DNA from: Dehalococcoidia bacterium
Lineage (GTDB): Bacteria > Chloroflexota > Dehalococcoidia > Bin125
Assembly: GCA_963663895.2 (NCBI GenBank)
Contig: CAXXRD010000002.1
Coordinates: 480,001-544,000 of the forward strand
Length of the DNA: 64,000 nt
Reading direction: 5' to 3'
Shown here: positions 39,683 to 48,362 of the stretch, piece by piece
Layout of the letters: each line of letters begins with the position of its first letter
Position numbering within the stretch: the stretch's first letter is position 1
The notes under the pieces: model-generated
Databases searched by the model: none
What the model saw: only the letters and a program-made list of their open reading frames with translations
Told to the model about the DNA's origin: nothing
Position numbers and translations under genes: made by a program

Positions 39683-40711
39683 TTAGACGGTCTTCCTCCA
39701 CTCGCCGGCAACCTTGATCTCACGCGCGGCCGGCATGACCTCGGCGCCGATGCGCTCGACCTGCTCCCGCAGTTCGGCCATCTCGCCGGAGGGACAGTCG
39801 AAGATGAAGACGACGAGACTGTAACCGGCGTCGGCGAAGCGCTGCAGATCCCCAAGGATCTGCTCGCCGGTGCCGGTGCAGATCTTACGCGGGCTCCGTT
39901 GCGATTCGGCGTGATCGGCGTCCGTGATCTGCGCCGACGAGATGCACAGCATGGAGAACTCGCCCGGGTCTTTCGCGGCCGCGTCGAGCTCTCCGCGGAT
40001 GATGTCTTGCAGCGGAGCGAAGCGATGGGGATCGGCTCCGGGATCGAGGAAGATGGGATAGAAACCGTCACAGAGCCGGGCGGCGCGGCGCGCGCCGGCG
40101 GGGACCACGCTGCCGAAAACGATGGGCGGGCGCGGCTGCTGCACGGGCTTGGGGTCCATAGAGAGATTGTCGAAGTCGTAGTGGTCGCCGTGGAAAGCGA
40201 CCACGTCGTCCGTCCAGGAGCGCTTGTAGATCTCGATGCATTCCTCCGTTTGCGCGCCACGGGCTTCATAGGCGAGCCCGAGCGCGTCGAACTCCTCCTC
40301 AAGCCAGCCGGCGCCGACGCCCAGGATGAGGCGACCGGCGGAGAGGACATCGACGCTGGCGAACTGGCGCGCGTCGTTGAGGGGGCCGCGGTAGGGCGCG
40401 ATGAGGACGGAGGTGCCGAGGCGGATGCGGCTGGTGCCGGCGGCGACGGCGCCCATGGCGACGGCCGCGTCGACGAGGTTATGGGAAGGCTCGTAGGCGC
40501 GGGTGCGCGACTCGTTGGCGACGTGGCCGCTCGTGGAGCTAATGGGCATGCACACGTGGTCCGGGAACCACATGGAATGCATGCCGATGCGCTCGGCCAT
40601 CTGCGCGATGCGGACGGGCTGCATCTCGATGGCCGGGATGCTCTGCGCGAAGAAGTTCTCGTCGTCGCGCAGGCCGATGCCGTGCGTGGGCGCGTACATC
40701 CCGATCTCCAT
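39683..40711 (-). CDS. LLM-class (probably F420-dependent, Rv2161c-like) oxidoreductase, copy 1
   Basis: GMHSMWFPDH, ASVDVLSAGRLILGVGAGW..EEF, PKPVQQPRPPI. Confidence 0.88.
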   Translation of the reverse strand: MEIGMYAPTHGIGLRDDENFFAQSIPAIEMQPVRIAQMAERIGMHSMWFPDHVCMPISSTSGHVANESRTRAYEPSHNLVDAAVAMGAVAAGTSRIRLGTSVLIAPYRGPLNDARQFASVDVLSAGRLILGVGAGWLEEEFDALGLAYEARGAQTEECIEIYKRSWTDDVVAFHGDHYDFDNLSMDPKPVQQPRPPIVFGSVVPAGARRAARLCDGFYPIFLDPGADPHRFAPLQDIIRGELDAAAKDPGEFSMLCISSAQITDADHAESQRSPRKICTGTGEQILGDLQRFADAGYSLVVFIFDCPSGEMAELREQVERIGAEVMPAAREIKVAGEWRKTV

Positions 40712-40819
40712 GGCGATCCTCTCCCGTGTCGGCTCTCCCGATGGGGGAGAGCGTCAGCACACGCCTGGGCGCGTTCGCACTCCCGTTTCCCGCTTTTCCG
40801 CGCGGCGCCGCCGCGGAGC

Positions 40820-41290
40820 CTACTCCAGGTCGGTGTACTGCTCCGCGACCCAGCCCTTCTCGTAGGGCGAGACGAAGTCCAGGTTGGCGTTGACGTTCTG
40901 GAAGTACCACTTGCCGTCGACTTTGACGTACTCGTCGCGATAGGTGCCGGCGCACCACATGGCCTGCGGGCCTTTGAAGGTAGCGGGCATGATGATGTAC
41001 CAGCTGCCCTTGGCGGTCGTGCCGGAGGGATCGACCTCGATCTTGTCGCCGACCGTGAGGTGCAGAGCGAACTCGATCGTGTCCGAGGCGCCGGCGAAGA
41101 ACTCGCGGATGGCGGCGCGGCCCTCGTAGCGGCCAAACATGCCGCCGTCCCAGATGGCGTCCTCCACGAACAGCGAGGCGATGCCGTCGGGATTGTACTG
41201 ATCGTCGCAGTACATCGCGTACTGGGTTTTCAGGTCCCGAATCTCCTGGATGTCCAATAATCGCTGGACTTTCTCCTCTAACGATGCCAT
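40820..41290 (-). CDS. SnoaL/NTF2-like (BaiE/LinA-like) protein, copy 7
   Basis: KTQYAMYCD, FVEDAIWD, FALH, YRDEYVKVDGKW, PYEKGW. Confidence 0.88.
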   Translation of the reverse strand: MASLEEKVQRLLDIQEIRDLKTQYAMYCDDQYNPDGIASLFVEDAIWDGGMFGRYEGRAAIREFFAGASDTIEFALHLTVGDKIEVDPSGTTAKGSWYIIMPATFKGPQAMWCAGTYRDEYVKVDGKWYFQNVNANLDFVSPYEKGWVAEQYTDLE

Positions 41291-41397
41291 GCGCCCGTCC
41301 TTTCCGAGATGCCTGGTGATTGTCGAGCGAACAGCAGGCTACCAGCGGCCGTGTGGGCCTCTCAAGGCGGGCCTGCTCTTGAATGCCGGGACGGCGC

Positions 41398-41901
41398 CTA
41401 TTCGCCCATCTGCGGCAAGGGCGCTTCGGCAGCCCAGCCCTGGTGGTAGGGCGAGCGGAACTGAATATGGGATCGAACGTGCTTGATGAGCCAGCGGCCA
41501 TCGCGCTTGACGAAGTCGTCGTCATAGGTGGCAGCGAGCCAAATCGGCCGGCCGTCGGCGGTGATGGTCTCCCAAGTGTACCAGTGGCCGGTGGCCTCGA
41601 CGCCGGAAGGGGCGATGTCGATGCTGGGCGCAATGGTGTGGTGCTTGGCGAAGGTGAGCCGCGCCGCCCAGCCGGCGAAGAGCGCGCGCAGCGCCTCCCT
41701 GCCCTCGTGGCGGCCGTGCACGTTGGACTCCCAGATCGCGTCGTCCGCGAAGAGCGCCAGGAAGCGGTCGTCCGGCCAAGCTGCGTTCTCGTGGCAGAGG
41801 CCCGCATCCATTAGCTTGGCGTAGGTGTGCTTGAGCTGGCGGACGGCGGCGATGTCCTCAAGGCGCTGGAGACGCTGCTCGACGGTGCGCTCAGACGGCA
41901 C
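41398..41901 (-). CDS. SnoaL/NTF2-like protein, copy 6
   Basis: KHTYAKLMD, FADDAIW, FAKHH, YDDDFVKRDGRW, PYHQGW. Confidence 0.88.
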   Translation of the reverse strand: MPSERTVEQRLQRLEDIAAVRQLKHTYAKLMDAGLCHENAAWPDDRFLALFADDAIWESNVHGRHEGREALRALFAGWAARLTFAKHHTIAPSIDIAPSGVEATGHWYTWETITADGRPIWLAATYDDDFVKRDGRWLIKHVRSHIQFRSPYHQGWAAEAPLPQMGE

Positions 41902-41923
41902 GGCTCGACCCGCTCGCGGCCGT

Positions 41924-42385
41924 TCAGGCCGTCTGGTCCGCCACCCGCTGCCGGACCCAGCCCTTGTCGTAGGGCGTCATGAAGTGCAGCTCCTGGCCGA
42001 GACGGGTGACCATCCAGCAGCCGTCGATCTTCTTGAGCGTCGCGTCGTGGGTGAGGCCTCCGATGTGGGCGGTGCCGTTGAGGTTGGGAGTCTCGAAGCC
42101 GTACCAGGTAGCCGTGGCCTCGTCGCCGTCGATATCGATCGCGTAGCCGTCCCAGTAGTGCATGGTGAAGGGAACCCGTGCGCGCATGCCGTCGATGAAC
42201 TCCTGGATGGCGGCGCGGCCCGTGTACACGCCCATCTCCATCAGGTCCATGACGCCATCCTCGCTGAAGTGGCCGGCGAAGGCGGCGCCGTCGTAAGGAG
42301 CGTCGCAAGTGGCGCCGACGGCGGCGAGGACGCGCCGCACGGCTTCGATCTCCTCCAGCGTTCGAATGCGATCTTCGATCGACAC
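41924..42385 (-). CDS. SnoaL/NTF2-like protein, copy 5 (divergent)
   Basis: VGATCD (Tyr lost), FSEDG, FTMHY, PYDKGW. Confidence 0.85.
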   Translation of the reverse strand: MSIEDRIRTLEEIEAVRRVLAAVGATCDAPYDGAAFAGHFSEDGVMDLMEMGVYTGRAAIQEFIDGMRARVPFTMHYWDGYAIDIDGDEATATWYGFETPNLNGTAHIGGLTHDATLKKIDGCWMVTRLGQELHFMTPYDKGWVRQRVADQTA

Positions 42386-42430
42386 GGCGCCCCCTTCCCT
42401 TCTCGTGACGGACCTTGCCCGGCGGAGCGG

Positions 42431-42898
42431 TCAGTCCATGGGCATCATGGGGGTTTTGACCCAGCCGTCCTCGTAGGGGGTGAAGAAGTGCAGGTTGGCG
42501 TTGACCTGCTTGAAGCGCCAATTGTCGCCGACCTTTTGGTAAACGTCGTCGTACGTGGCACCGAGGAAAACGGCGCGACCGTTCACGGTGGCGGGCTCCC
42601 AGATATACCAGTGACCGGTGCCGGAGGTGAAGGGCGGATCGACGTCAATGGTGTGGCCGATCATGTAATGCAGCGCGAAGGTGAAGGCCTTGGAGGCACC
42701 TTCCCAGAAACCGCGGATCTGGTCGTGTCCCTCGTAGCGGCCGAGGTCGCCGCCGTCCCAGACGGCGTCTTCCGTGAAGAGAGCGGTGAGACCCGGCGGA
42801 TCGTAGTTGGCGTCACAGAGCTGTGCATAGCGGATCTTGAGACGGCGGATGCCTTCGATCGCTTCCAGGCGTTGGACTCGTTCTTCCAGGTCGGCCAT
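42431..42898 (-). CDS. SnoaL/NTF2-like protein, copy 4
   Basis: KIRYAQLCD, FTEDAVWD, FALHY, YDDVY, PYEDGW. Confidence 0.88.
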   Translation of the reverse strand: MADLEERVQRLEAIEGIRRLKIRYAQLCDANYDPPGLTALFTEDAVWDGGDLGRYEGHDQIRGFWEGASKAFTFALHYMIGHTIDVDPPFTSGTGHWYIWEPATVNGRAVFLGATYDDVYQKVGDNWRFKQVNANLHFFTPYEDGWVKTPMMPMD

Positions 42899-42945
42899 GG
42901 TTCGTCCTTTCCCGTTTCGTCTCGGTTCGTCTCGTTTCGTCGGCG

Positions 42946-43410
42946 CTAGCCGGGCAGCATCGGCGTCTTCACCCAGCCGTCTTCGTAGGGCGTGATGAAG
43001 TGGATGTTGACGCGCATGCGCGACGCCAGCCAGGTGCCCTCGACGTTGCGGTACTCGTCGTCGTAGGTGATGGCGCCGAGCGTGGCGGCGTTGTTGATGG
43101 TCATCGGCGCCCAGAGGTACCAGTGGCCCGTCGCGGAGCCGGCAGCGAGATCGACGTCGATCGTCTGCCCCACCATGTAGTGGAGGGCGAAGCTGATCTG
43201 CTCGGGGATGCCGTCGAACAGCGCCTTGATGGCGGCGCGGCCGCGGTGCACGCCGAACGACTCGCCGCCGTCCCAGACGGCGTCCTCGGTGAAAAAGGCC
43301 GAGATGCGGTCGCCGTCGTAGCCGTCGTCGGCGACGCGCGCGTAGGCGATCTTGAGGCGGCGGATCGCCTCGATCGCTTCGAGCCGCTGCACGCGCTCTT
43401 CGAGATCCAT
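42946..43410 (-). CDS. SnoaL/NTF2-like protein, copy 3
   Basis: KIAYARVAD, FTEDAVWD, FALHY, YDDEY, PYEDGW. Confidence 0.88.
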   Translation of the reverse strand: MDLEERVQRLEAIEAIRRLKIAYARVADDGYDGDRISAFFTEDAVWDGGESFGVHRGRAAIKALFDGIPEQISFALHYMVGQTIDVDLAAGSATGHWYLWAPMTINNAATLGAITYDDEYRNVEGTWLASRMRVNIHFITPYEDGWVKTPMLPG

Positions 43411-43453
43411 CTGGTCCTCTCCCGCTCGGATCGCCGGAGCGTGTAGCGGTCCG

Positions 43454-43924
43454 CTACCCGTCCGTGACCATGCGCGTCTTCACCCACCCGTCCTCGTAGG
43501 GGGTGAGGAAGTGGAAGGTGAGGGCCATGCGAGAGAAGAGCCACTCGCCGTCCACTTTCCTGTGCTCGTCGTCGTAGGTGATGGCGTTGAGGATGGCGCG
43601 GCCCTGATAGGTCATGGGCTCCCACAGATACCAGTGCGCCTTGGCCGAGGTACCGGACGGGTCGACGTCGATGGTGTGCCCGATCATGTAGTGCAGGGCG
43701 AAGGTGAGGTCGTTCGACATGTCGTCGAACATCGCCCCGATCGCCCCCCGGCCGTTCTGGACGCCGAACTCCTTGCCGCCGTCCCAGACGGCGTCCTCCG
43801 TGAAGAGGGCGGCGAGCTTGCCGCCGTCATAGCCGGTGTCGCAGAGCCGGGCGTACCTGATCTTGAGACGGCGGATCGCCTCAATGTCCTCCAGGAGCTG
43901 GACACGATCCTCCAACGATGCCAT
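43454..43924 (-). CDS. SnoaL/NTF2-like protein, copy 2
   Basis: KIRYARLCD, FTEDAVWD, FALHY, YDDEH, PYEDGW. Confidence 0.88.
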   Translation of the reverse strand: MASLEDRVQLLEDIEAIRRLKIRYARLCDTGYDGGKLAALFTEDAVWDGGKEFGVQNGRGAIGAMFDDMSNDLTFALHYMIGHTIDVDPSGTSAKAHWYLWEPMTYQGRAILNAITYDDEHRKVDGEWLFSRMALTFHFLTPYEDGWVKTRMVTDG

Positions 43925-44071
43925 GGCCGTTCCTCCCTCGCCCGGCCGGCGACCGCGCCGGGGCCTGAACGCTGCTTGCGCGGGGCAGGCTAGCGCCCGG
44001 CGCGGCCGAGCCACAAGAAGGCGGAGCCTTCCAGGTGGAGGCCGGGCGGAGAGGCGCTGGGGCCGAAGCGT

Positions 44072-44533
44072 CTAGGTTTCGATGAACTGCTGCTGGACCC
44101 AGCCTTTGTCGTACGGGGTGGCGAAATGGAAGTTCAGCTTGGAGAAGGCGATCTTCCACTCGCCGTCCACGCGCTTGTAGCGGTCGTTGTAGGTGATGGC
44201 GATCCAGATCGGCTCGCCGCTCTCGGCCGTGGCGGGCTCCCAGAGGTACCAGTGGCCGGTGGCGTCGTCGCCGTCGACATCAATGGTCTGGCCCATCATG
44301 TAGTGGAGGAAGAAGGGGAGCTTCTTCTTGGCCTCCTCGAAGAATTCGGTGATCTGCGCGCGGCCCTTGGCCTCGCCGACGAGGCCGCCGTCGAGCTCGG
44401 CGTCCTCGGTGAAGAGGGCGGCGTACTGGGCGCCGGGGACGCGCTCGTCGACGGCGCGGGCGTAGGCGATCTTGAGGCGGCGGATGGCCTCCAGGTCCTC
44501 CAATAGCTTGACGCGTTCCTCGAGTGTCGGCAT
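44072..44533 (-). CDS. SnoaL/NTF2-like protein, copy 1
   Basis: KIAYARAVD, FTEDAELD, FFLHY, YNDRYKRVDGEW, PYDKGW. Confidence 0.88.
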   Translation of the reverse strand: MPTLEERVKLLEDLEAIRRLKIAYARAVDERVPGAQYAALFTEDAELDGGLVGEAKGRAQITEFFEEAKKKLPFFLHYMMGQTIDVDGDDATGHWYLWEPATAESGEPIWIAITYNDRYKRVDGEWKIAFSKLNFHFATPYDKGWVQQQFIET

Positions 44534-44714
44534 GGTGACTCTCCTTTCCTGATCCGGTTGCGATGCGGATGCCTCGACAGCTAGCGGCACGGAGGGTAGC
44601 GGACGCGCCGTCCGCGCGGCGACGATTGCAGCCGGTTCTATACTCCGAGGCAGCGCGCCCTTTGCGCGGCCGATGCGGAACGGGGACGCGCAGGCTCAAG
44701 TAAAGGACCACCCG

Positions 44715-45971
44715 ATGAGCAGCAACAACGGCGATCAGCACCAGAACGGTCAAGGCCCGCTGGCGGGGATCAAGGTCATCGAGTGCAGCACCTGGGCCTT
44801 CGGGCCGATCGCCGGGCACATGCTGGGCGACTTGGGCGCGGACGTGATCAAGGTCGAGAACCCGAACCTGCCGGACGCGGCGCGGGGGCTGACGCTGGTG
44901 GCGGGCGTGGACGTGGGCCTGCCGGACGGCGCCAGCTCGGTGTTCGAGCTGTTCAACCGCAACAAGCGCTCGATCCAGATCGATCTGAAGCAGGAGCGCG
45001 GCCGCGACCTGCTGAAGGAGCTCGTGCGGGACGCCGACGTGTTCCTCGAGAACTTCCGGCCCGGCGTGTTCGACCGGCTCGGCATCGGCTACGACGACCT
45101 GGCCAAGGTAAACTCGCGGATCATCTACGCCTCGACCTCGGGCTACGGGTTCAAGGGCGCGGAGGGGCAGCGGCCGGCGCTCGACCCCGTCGGGCAGGCG
45201 CGCTCGGGGCTGATGTGGTCGACGGGAGGGCCGGGCGACCCGCCCAACTGGAACACGCTGGGGTTCGCGGACCTGATGGGCGGCAACATGCTGGCCTACG
45301 GAATCGTGAGCGCCCTGGCGGCGCGGGAGCTGCACGGGGTGGGGCAGAAGGTGGAGTGCTCGCACCTGATGGCATCGATGTGGCTCGGGCACACGGCGAT
45401 CGCGAGCGCCTGGTATCAGGGAGACGGGGAGTGGGAGCGGTTCGAGCGCAGCGAGGCGAGCAACCCCCTGGCCAACCACTACGCCTGCGGCGACGGCGAG
45501 TGGCTGCTGCTGGCGCTGTCCGACTCGAACGCGGACTGGTCGAGCTTGTGCGAGGCGCTGGATCTGGAGGCGCTGATCGAGGAGCCGCGCTTCGCCACGG
45601 CGGAGCGCCGGCGAGAGAACGCGGTGGCCCTGGTGGCGCTGCTGGACGCGCGCTTCGGCGAGCGGCCCGCGGCGGAGTGGCAGCAGCGGTTCGCGGAGAG
45701 CGAGGCGGTGACGGTGCATCCGCTGCGCCGGATCGCGGATCTCCCGAACGATCCGGCGGTGCAGGCGAACGGATACTTCACGGACGGCGTGCACCCGCGC
45801 TACGGGCCGATGCCCGAGCTGCTGCACCCGGTCGCGTTCGGGAAGACGCCCGCGACGGTCCGGCGCTACGCGCCCCAGCTGGGCGAGCACACCTGGGAGG
45901 TGCTGCACGAAGAGCTGGGCTACGACTCCGAGCGGATCGCCGGGCTGACCGCGGAGGGCGTCGTCGGCTAG
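44715..45971 (+). CDS. Class III CoA-transferase (CaiB/BaiF family)
   Basis: LGDLGADVIKVE, NRNKRSI, ENFRPG, catalytic Asp in GFADLMGG, APQLGEHT. Confidence 0.92.
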   Translation: MSSNNGDQHQNGQGPLAGIKVIECSTWAFGPIAGHMLGDLGADVIKVENPNLPDAARGLTLVAGVDVGLPDGASSVFELFNRNKRSIQIDLKQERGRDLLKELVRDADVFLENFRPGVFDRLGIGYDDLAKVNSRIIYASTSGYGFKGAEGQRPALDPVGQARSGLMWSTGGPGDPPNWNTLGFADLMGGNMLAYGIVSALAARELHGVGQKVECSHLMASMWLGHTAIASAWYQGDGEWERFERSEASNPLANHYACGDGEWLLLALSDSNADWSSLCEALDLEALIEEPRFATAERRRENAVALVALLDARFGERPAAEWQQRFAESEAVTVHPLRRIADLPNDPAVQANGYFTDGVHPRYGPMPELLHPVAFGKTPATVRRYAPQLGEHTWEVLHEELGYDSERIAGLTAEGVVG

Positions 45972-46008
45972 GGCCGGCCATTTCCCGCCGGAACGCGAGG
46001 GGGTAATC

Positions 46009-47232
46009 GTGGCCGAGGGTGCGCTGCGGGGGATCACGATCATTGAGGCGGCGACGCACGTCCTGGGGCCGATGGCCGCCGCCATGCTGGGCGACCAGGG
46101 CGCGGACGTGATCAAGGTCGAGGGCTTGGCGGGCGACCCGGCGCGCACGCTGCGCGAGTACGCGGGCTACGACGTCTCGCTCGGAGAGGAGAGCAACGCG
46201 ATCTTCGAGGTGATGAACCGCAACAAGCGGGGGATCGCGATCGACCTGGAGAGCGCGGCCGGCCGCGGCCTGCTGCGGGAGCTGCTGAGCACGGCGGACG
46301 GATTCATCGAAGGGTTCGGGCCGGGAGCGCTGGCGGCGCGCGGGCTGAGCTACGAGTCGTTGGCGAACGAGAACCCGGGGCTGATCTACTGCGGCCTCAG
46401 CGCGATGGGGCCGGCAGGGGAGGAGGCCGCGGCGCCGGGGCCGGACGCGGCGGCGGCGGCGCGGTCGGGCCTACTGTGGATGGCGGGCGCGCCGGGCAGC
46501 CCGCCCAACTGGAACAACCTCGGCCTGGGTGACACGATGGGCGCCAGCATGGTGGCCTACGGCATGGTGGCGGCGATCACGGCGCGGGCGCGGGGCGGAA
46601 CGGGGCAGCGGCTGGACGTGTCGCAGCTCATGGCGCTGGCCTGGCTGGAGCGCTGGGCCGTGGAGACGCTGCTGGTGCGCGGGCTGGACGAGTGGCCGCG
46701 CTTCGATCGCGAGAACACCCGCAACCCGCTGTTCAGCCACTACCGCTGCGGCGACGGGGAGTGGATCATCCTGGGGATCGTCGACCACGAGCGCGACTGG
46801 GATCCGTTCTGCGAGGCGATGGGGCTGGAGTGGATGCACGGGGACGAGCGCTTCAACACGGGCGCAGCGCGCATCGCCAACGCCCGGGCGCTGGTGCAGG
46901 CGCTCGATCGGCGCTTCGCGGAGGAGCCGCGAGCCTACTGGGAGGAGCGGCTGGGGTCGCAGCGGGCGCTGGTGTTCGACCGGGTGCAGAAGATCCGGGA
47001 CCTGCCGCAGGACCCGGCGGTCCAGGCCAACGCCTACCTCCAGGACGTAGAGCACCCGCGCCACGGACCGGTGAAGATGCTCACGCACCCCGCGCTGCTG
47101 ACGAAGACGCCGGCGGCTTACTACTGCCCGGCGCCGGAGCTGGGCCAGCACACGGACGCCGTGCTGCGCGAGCGGCTGGGCTACGACGACGCCCGGATCG
47201 CGGCGCTGCGCGCCGAGGGCGTGATCCGCTAG
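46009..47232 (+). CDS. Class III CoA-transferase (CaiB/BaiF family)
   Basis: LGDQGADVIKVE, NRNKRGI, GLGDTMGA, APELGQHT. Confidence 0.92.
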   Translation: MAEGALRGITIIEAATHVLGPMAAAMLGDQGADVIKVEGLAGDPARTLREYAGYDVSLGEESNAIFEVMNRNKRGIAIDLESAAGRGLLRELLSTADGFIEGFGPGALAARGLSYESLANENPGLIYCGLSAMGPAGEEAAAPGPDAAAAARSGLLWMAGAPGSPPNWNNLGLGDTMGASMVAYGMVAAITARARGGTGQRLDVSQLMALAWLERWAVETLLVRGLDEWPRFDRENTRNPLFSHYRCGDGEWIILGIVDHERDWDPFCEAMGLEWMHGDERFNTGAARIANARALVQALDRRFAEEPRAYWEERLGSQRALVFDRVQKIRDLPQDPAVQANAYLQDVEHPRHGPVKMLTHPALLTKTPAAYYCPAPELGQHTDAVLRERLGYDDARIAALRAEGVIR

Positions 47233-47383
47233 GGCGTGTTACAAGCTGCGGCACATGGTCGAGAACTGGTTTGCGGACCTCAAGCAGTTCCGCGGGCTGA
47301 CCACGCGCTACTGCAAGCTGGTCGAGCGGTTCCGGGCGTTCGTGTGCCTGGCGGGCTGGTACCTGGCGACGCGAGGAGGGTAG
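47232..47383 (+). mobile_element. IS5-family transposase remnant (C-terminal 47 codons) directly after an IS-end-like sequence
   Basis: 47240-47383 translates YKLRHMVENWFADLKQFRGLTTRYCKLVERFRAFVCLAGW..., the IS5 C-terminal signature (Y..R..VE..F..LKQFR...TRY.K); preceded by CTAGGGCGTGTT. Confidence 0.8.
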
Positions 47384-47471
47384 TATATGGCTCCAGCAGC
47401 AGACCCCAGCTCTGGGGTGCGGCCTAACGGAGATTGACCGTGTCACCAGTCGTTGTTCTTCAACGGGTCTA

Positions 47472-47735
47472 GTGGCCGCAGAATCCCTTTTTGTCGTTGT
47501 CCTTCCTGAGCCCAACACAGAGGTACAGGAACGCCTTAAGCAGTTTCCTGATTCGCACCCACTGACAGATACCGCGTTTCTCATCCGCACATCCATGTTG
47601 GTCAAGGATGTGAGTGTCGCGCTGGGACTAGGAGAAGAGCCTGCTATTGGCTCTGGTATCGTCTTTCGCTTGAATGGGCTCTATTGGGGTCGCTCAGATC
47701 GGAATACGTGGGACTGGCTCTCGCGTGGAACGTGA
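47472..47735 (+). CDS. Small hypothetical protein (87 aa)
   Basis: GTG ORF in a lower-GC segment, protein-like composition, ends YWGRSDRNTWDWL. Confidence 0.6.
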   Translation: MAAESLFVVVLPEPNTEVQERLKQFPDSHPLTDTAFLIRTSMLVKDVSVALGLGEEPAIGSGIVFRLNGLYWGRSDRNTWDWLSRGT

Positions 47736-47976
47736 CGGAGACCGTCAACCATCCCCAGAGGAAATTAGGGGTGTTGCGGACGAAGTACGTCGCTACTACC
47801 CAACCAGGGGCGACGTACAGGATCTGATTAAGCCTGTTTCCGACAGCCTTATCGAACTACGGAGCCAACTGCGGGTAGCAAAGTTGATTGTGTTCGCGCT
47901 GATCCCAATCGTGTGCGCAGCAATGACAGTTTCAGGGATCGTCGCAGCTGCCTTGATATCCCGCTGTCAGTCCTAA
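47725..47976 (+). CDS. Small hypothetical membrane protein (C-terminal TM helix)
   Basis: GTG start overlapping the previous stop region; LIVFALIPIVCAAMTVSGIVAAALI hydrophobic tail. Confidence 0.5.
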   Translation: MERDGDRQPSPEEIRGVADEVRRYYPTRGDVQDLIKPVSDSLIELRSQLRVAKLIVFALIPIVCAAMTVSGIVAAALISRCQS

Positions 47977-48041
47977 CAATGCGGGCGCACCGGCGGGCGG
48001 CACCGAAGAAGGAAGAGTTGTTAGATCGTAAGAGGAGACTG

Positions 48042-48359
48042 ATGCCGAACGACAACCCCGACCCGCTCGACCTCGCGGATCAGATCGGTGAAATTGCACG
48101 CGCGGAACGGGAAGATGAAAAGAAAGCCGCCGCCGCTCGGGAAATTTTATCGAAAGCTGGATGGTTGATCGATATCAACACAGCGCGGAAGGAGTTGGCA
48201 CATGGGGGTGGGGGTGTTGAGGGTTCTTTTGATGAAGGGTTCGTGACCCTAGAGTTCTCACGAATCAGTGAGGTCGCTGTGTTCGAGTCTGCGGATGAGG
48301 CCCTCGCCTATGTCGCAGACATGGAGACGCGCCTTGGGGCGCATGTAAACAGTCCTTAG
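48042..48359 (+). CDS. Hypothetical protein (105 aa)
   Basis: ATG with RBS AGAGGAG; acidic protein-like ORF. Confidence 0.55.
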   Translation: MPNDNPDPLDLADQIGEIARAEREDEKKAAAAREILSKAGWLIDINTARKELAHGGGGVEGSFDEGFVTLEFSRISEVAVFESADEALAYVADMETRLGAHVNSP

Positions 48360-48362
48360 CGG

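Noticed and set aside
38387-41260. 957-aa + strand ORF (and similar long ORFs at 13131..15566, 35249..37327, 6888..8591, 3164..5080, 60938..62539)
   Set aside because: Antisense shadows of well-supported genes, as expected in high-GC DNA
40820-44533. CRISPR array, DGR cassette or collapsed-repeat misassembly explaining the ~500-bp periodicity
   Set aside because: The units are full diverged protein-coding paralogs with their own starts and different spacers; no identical repeats, cas or reverse transcriptase genes were seen
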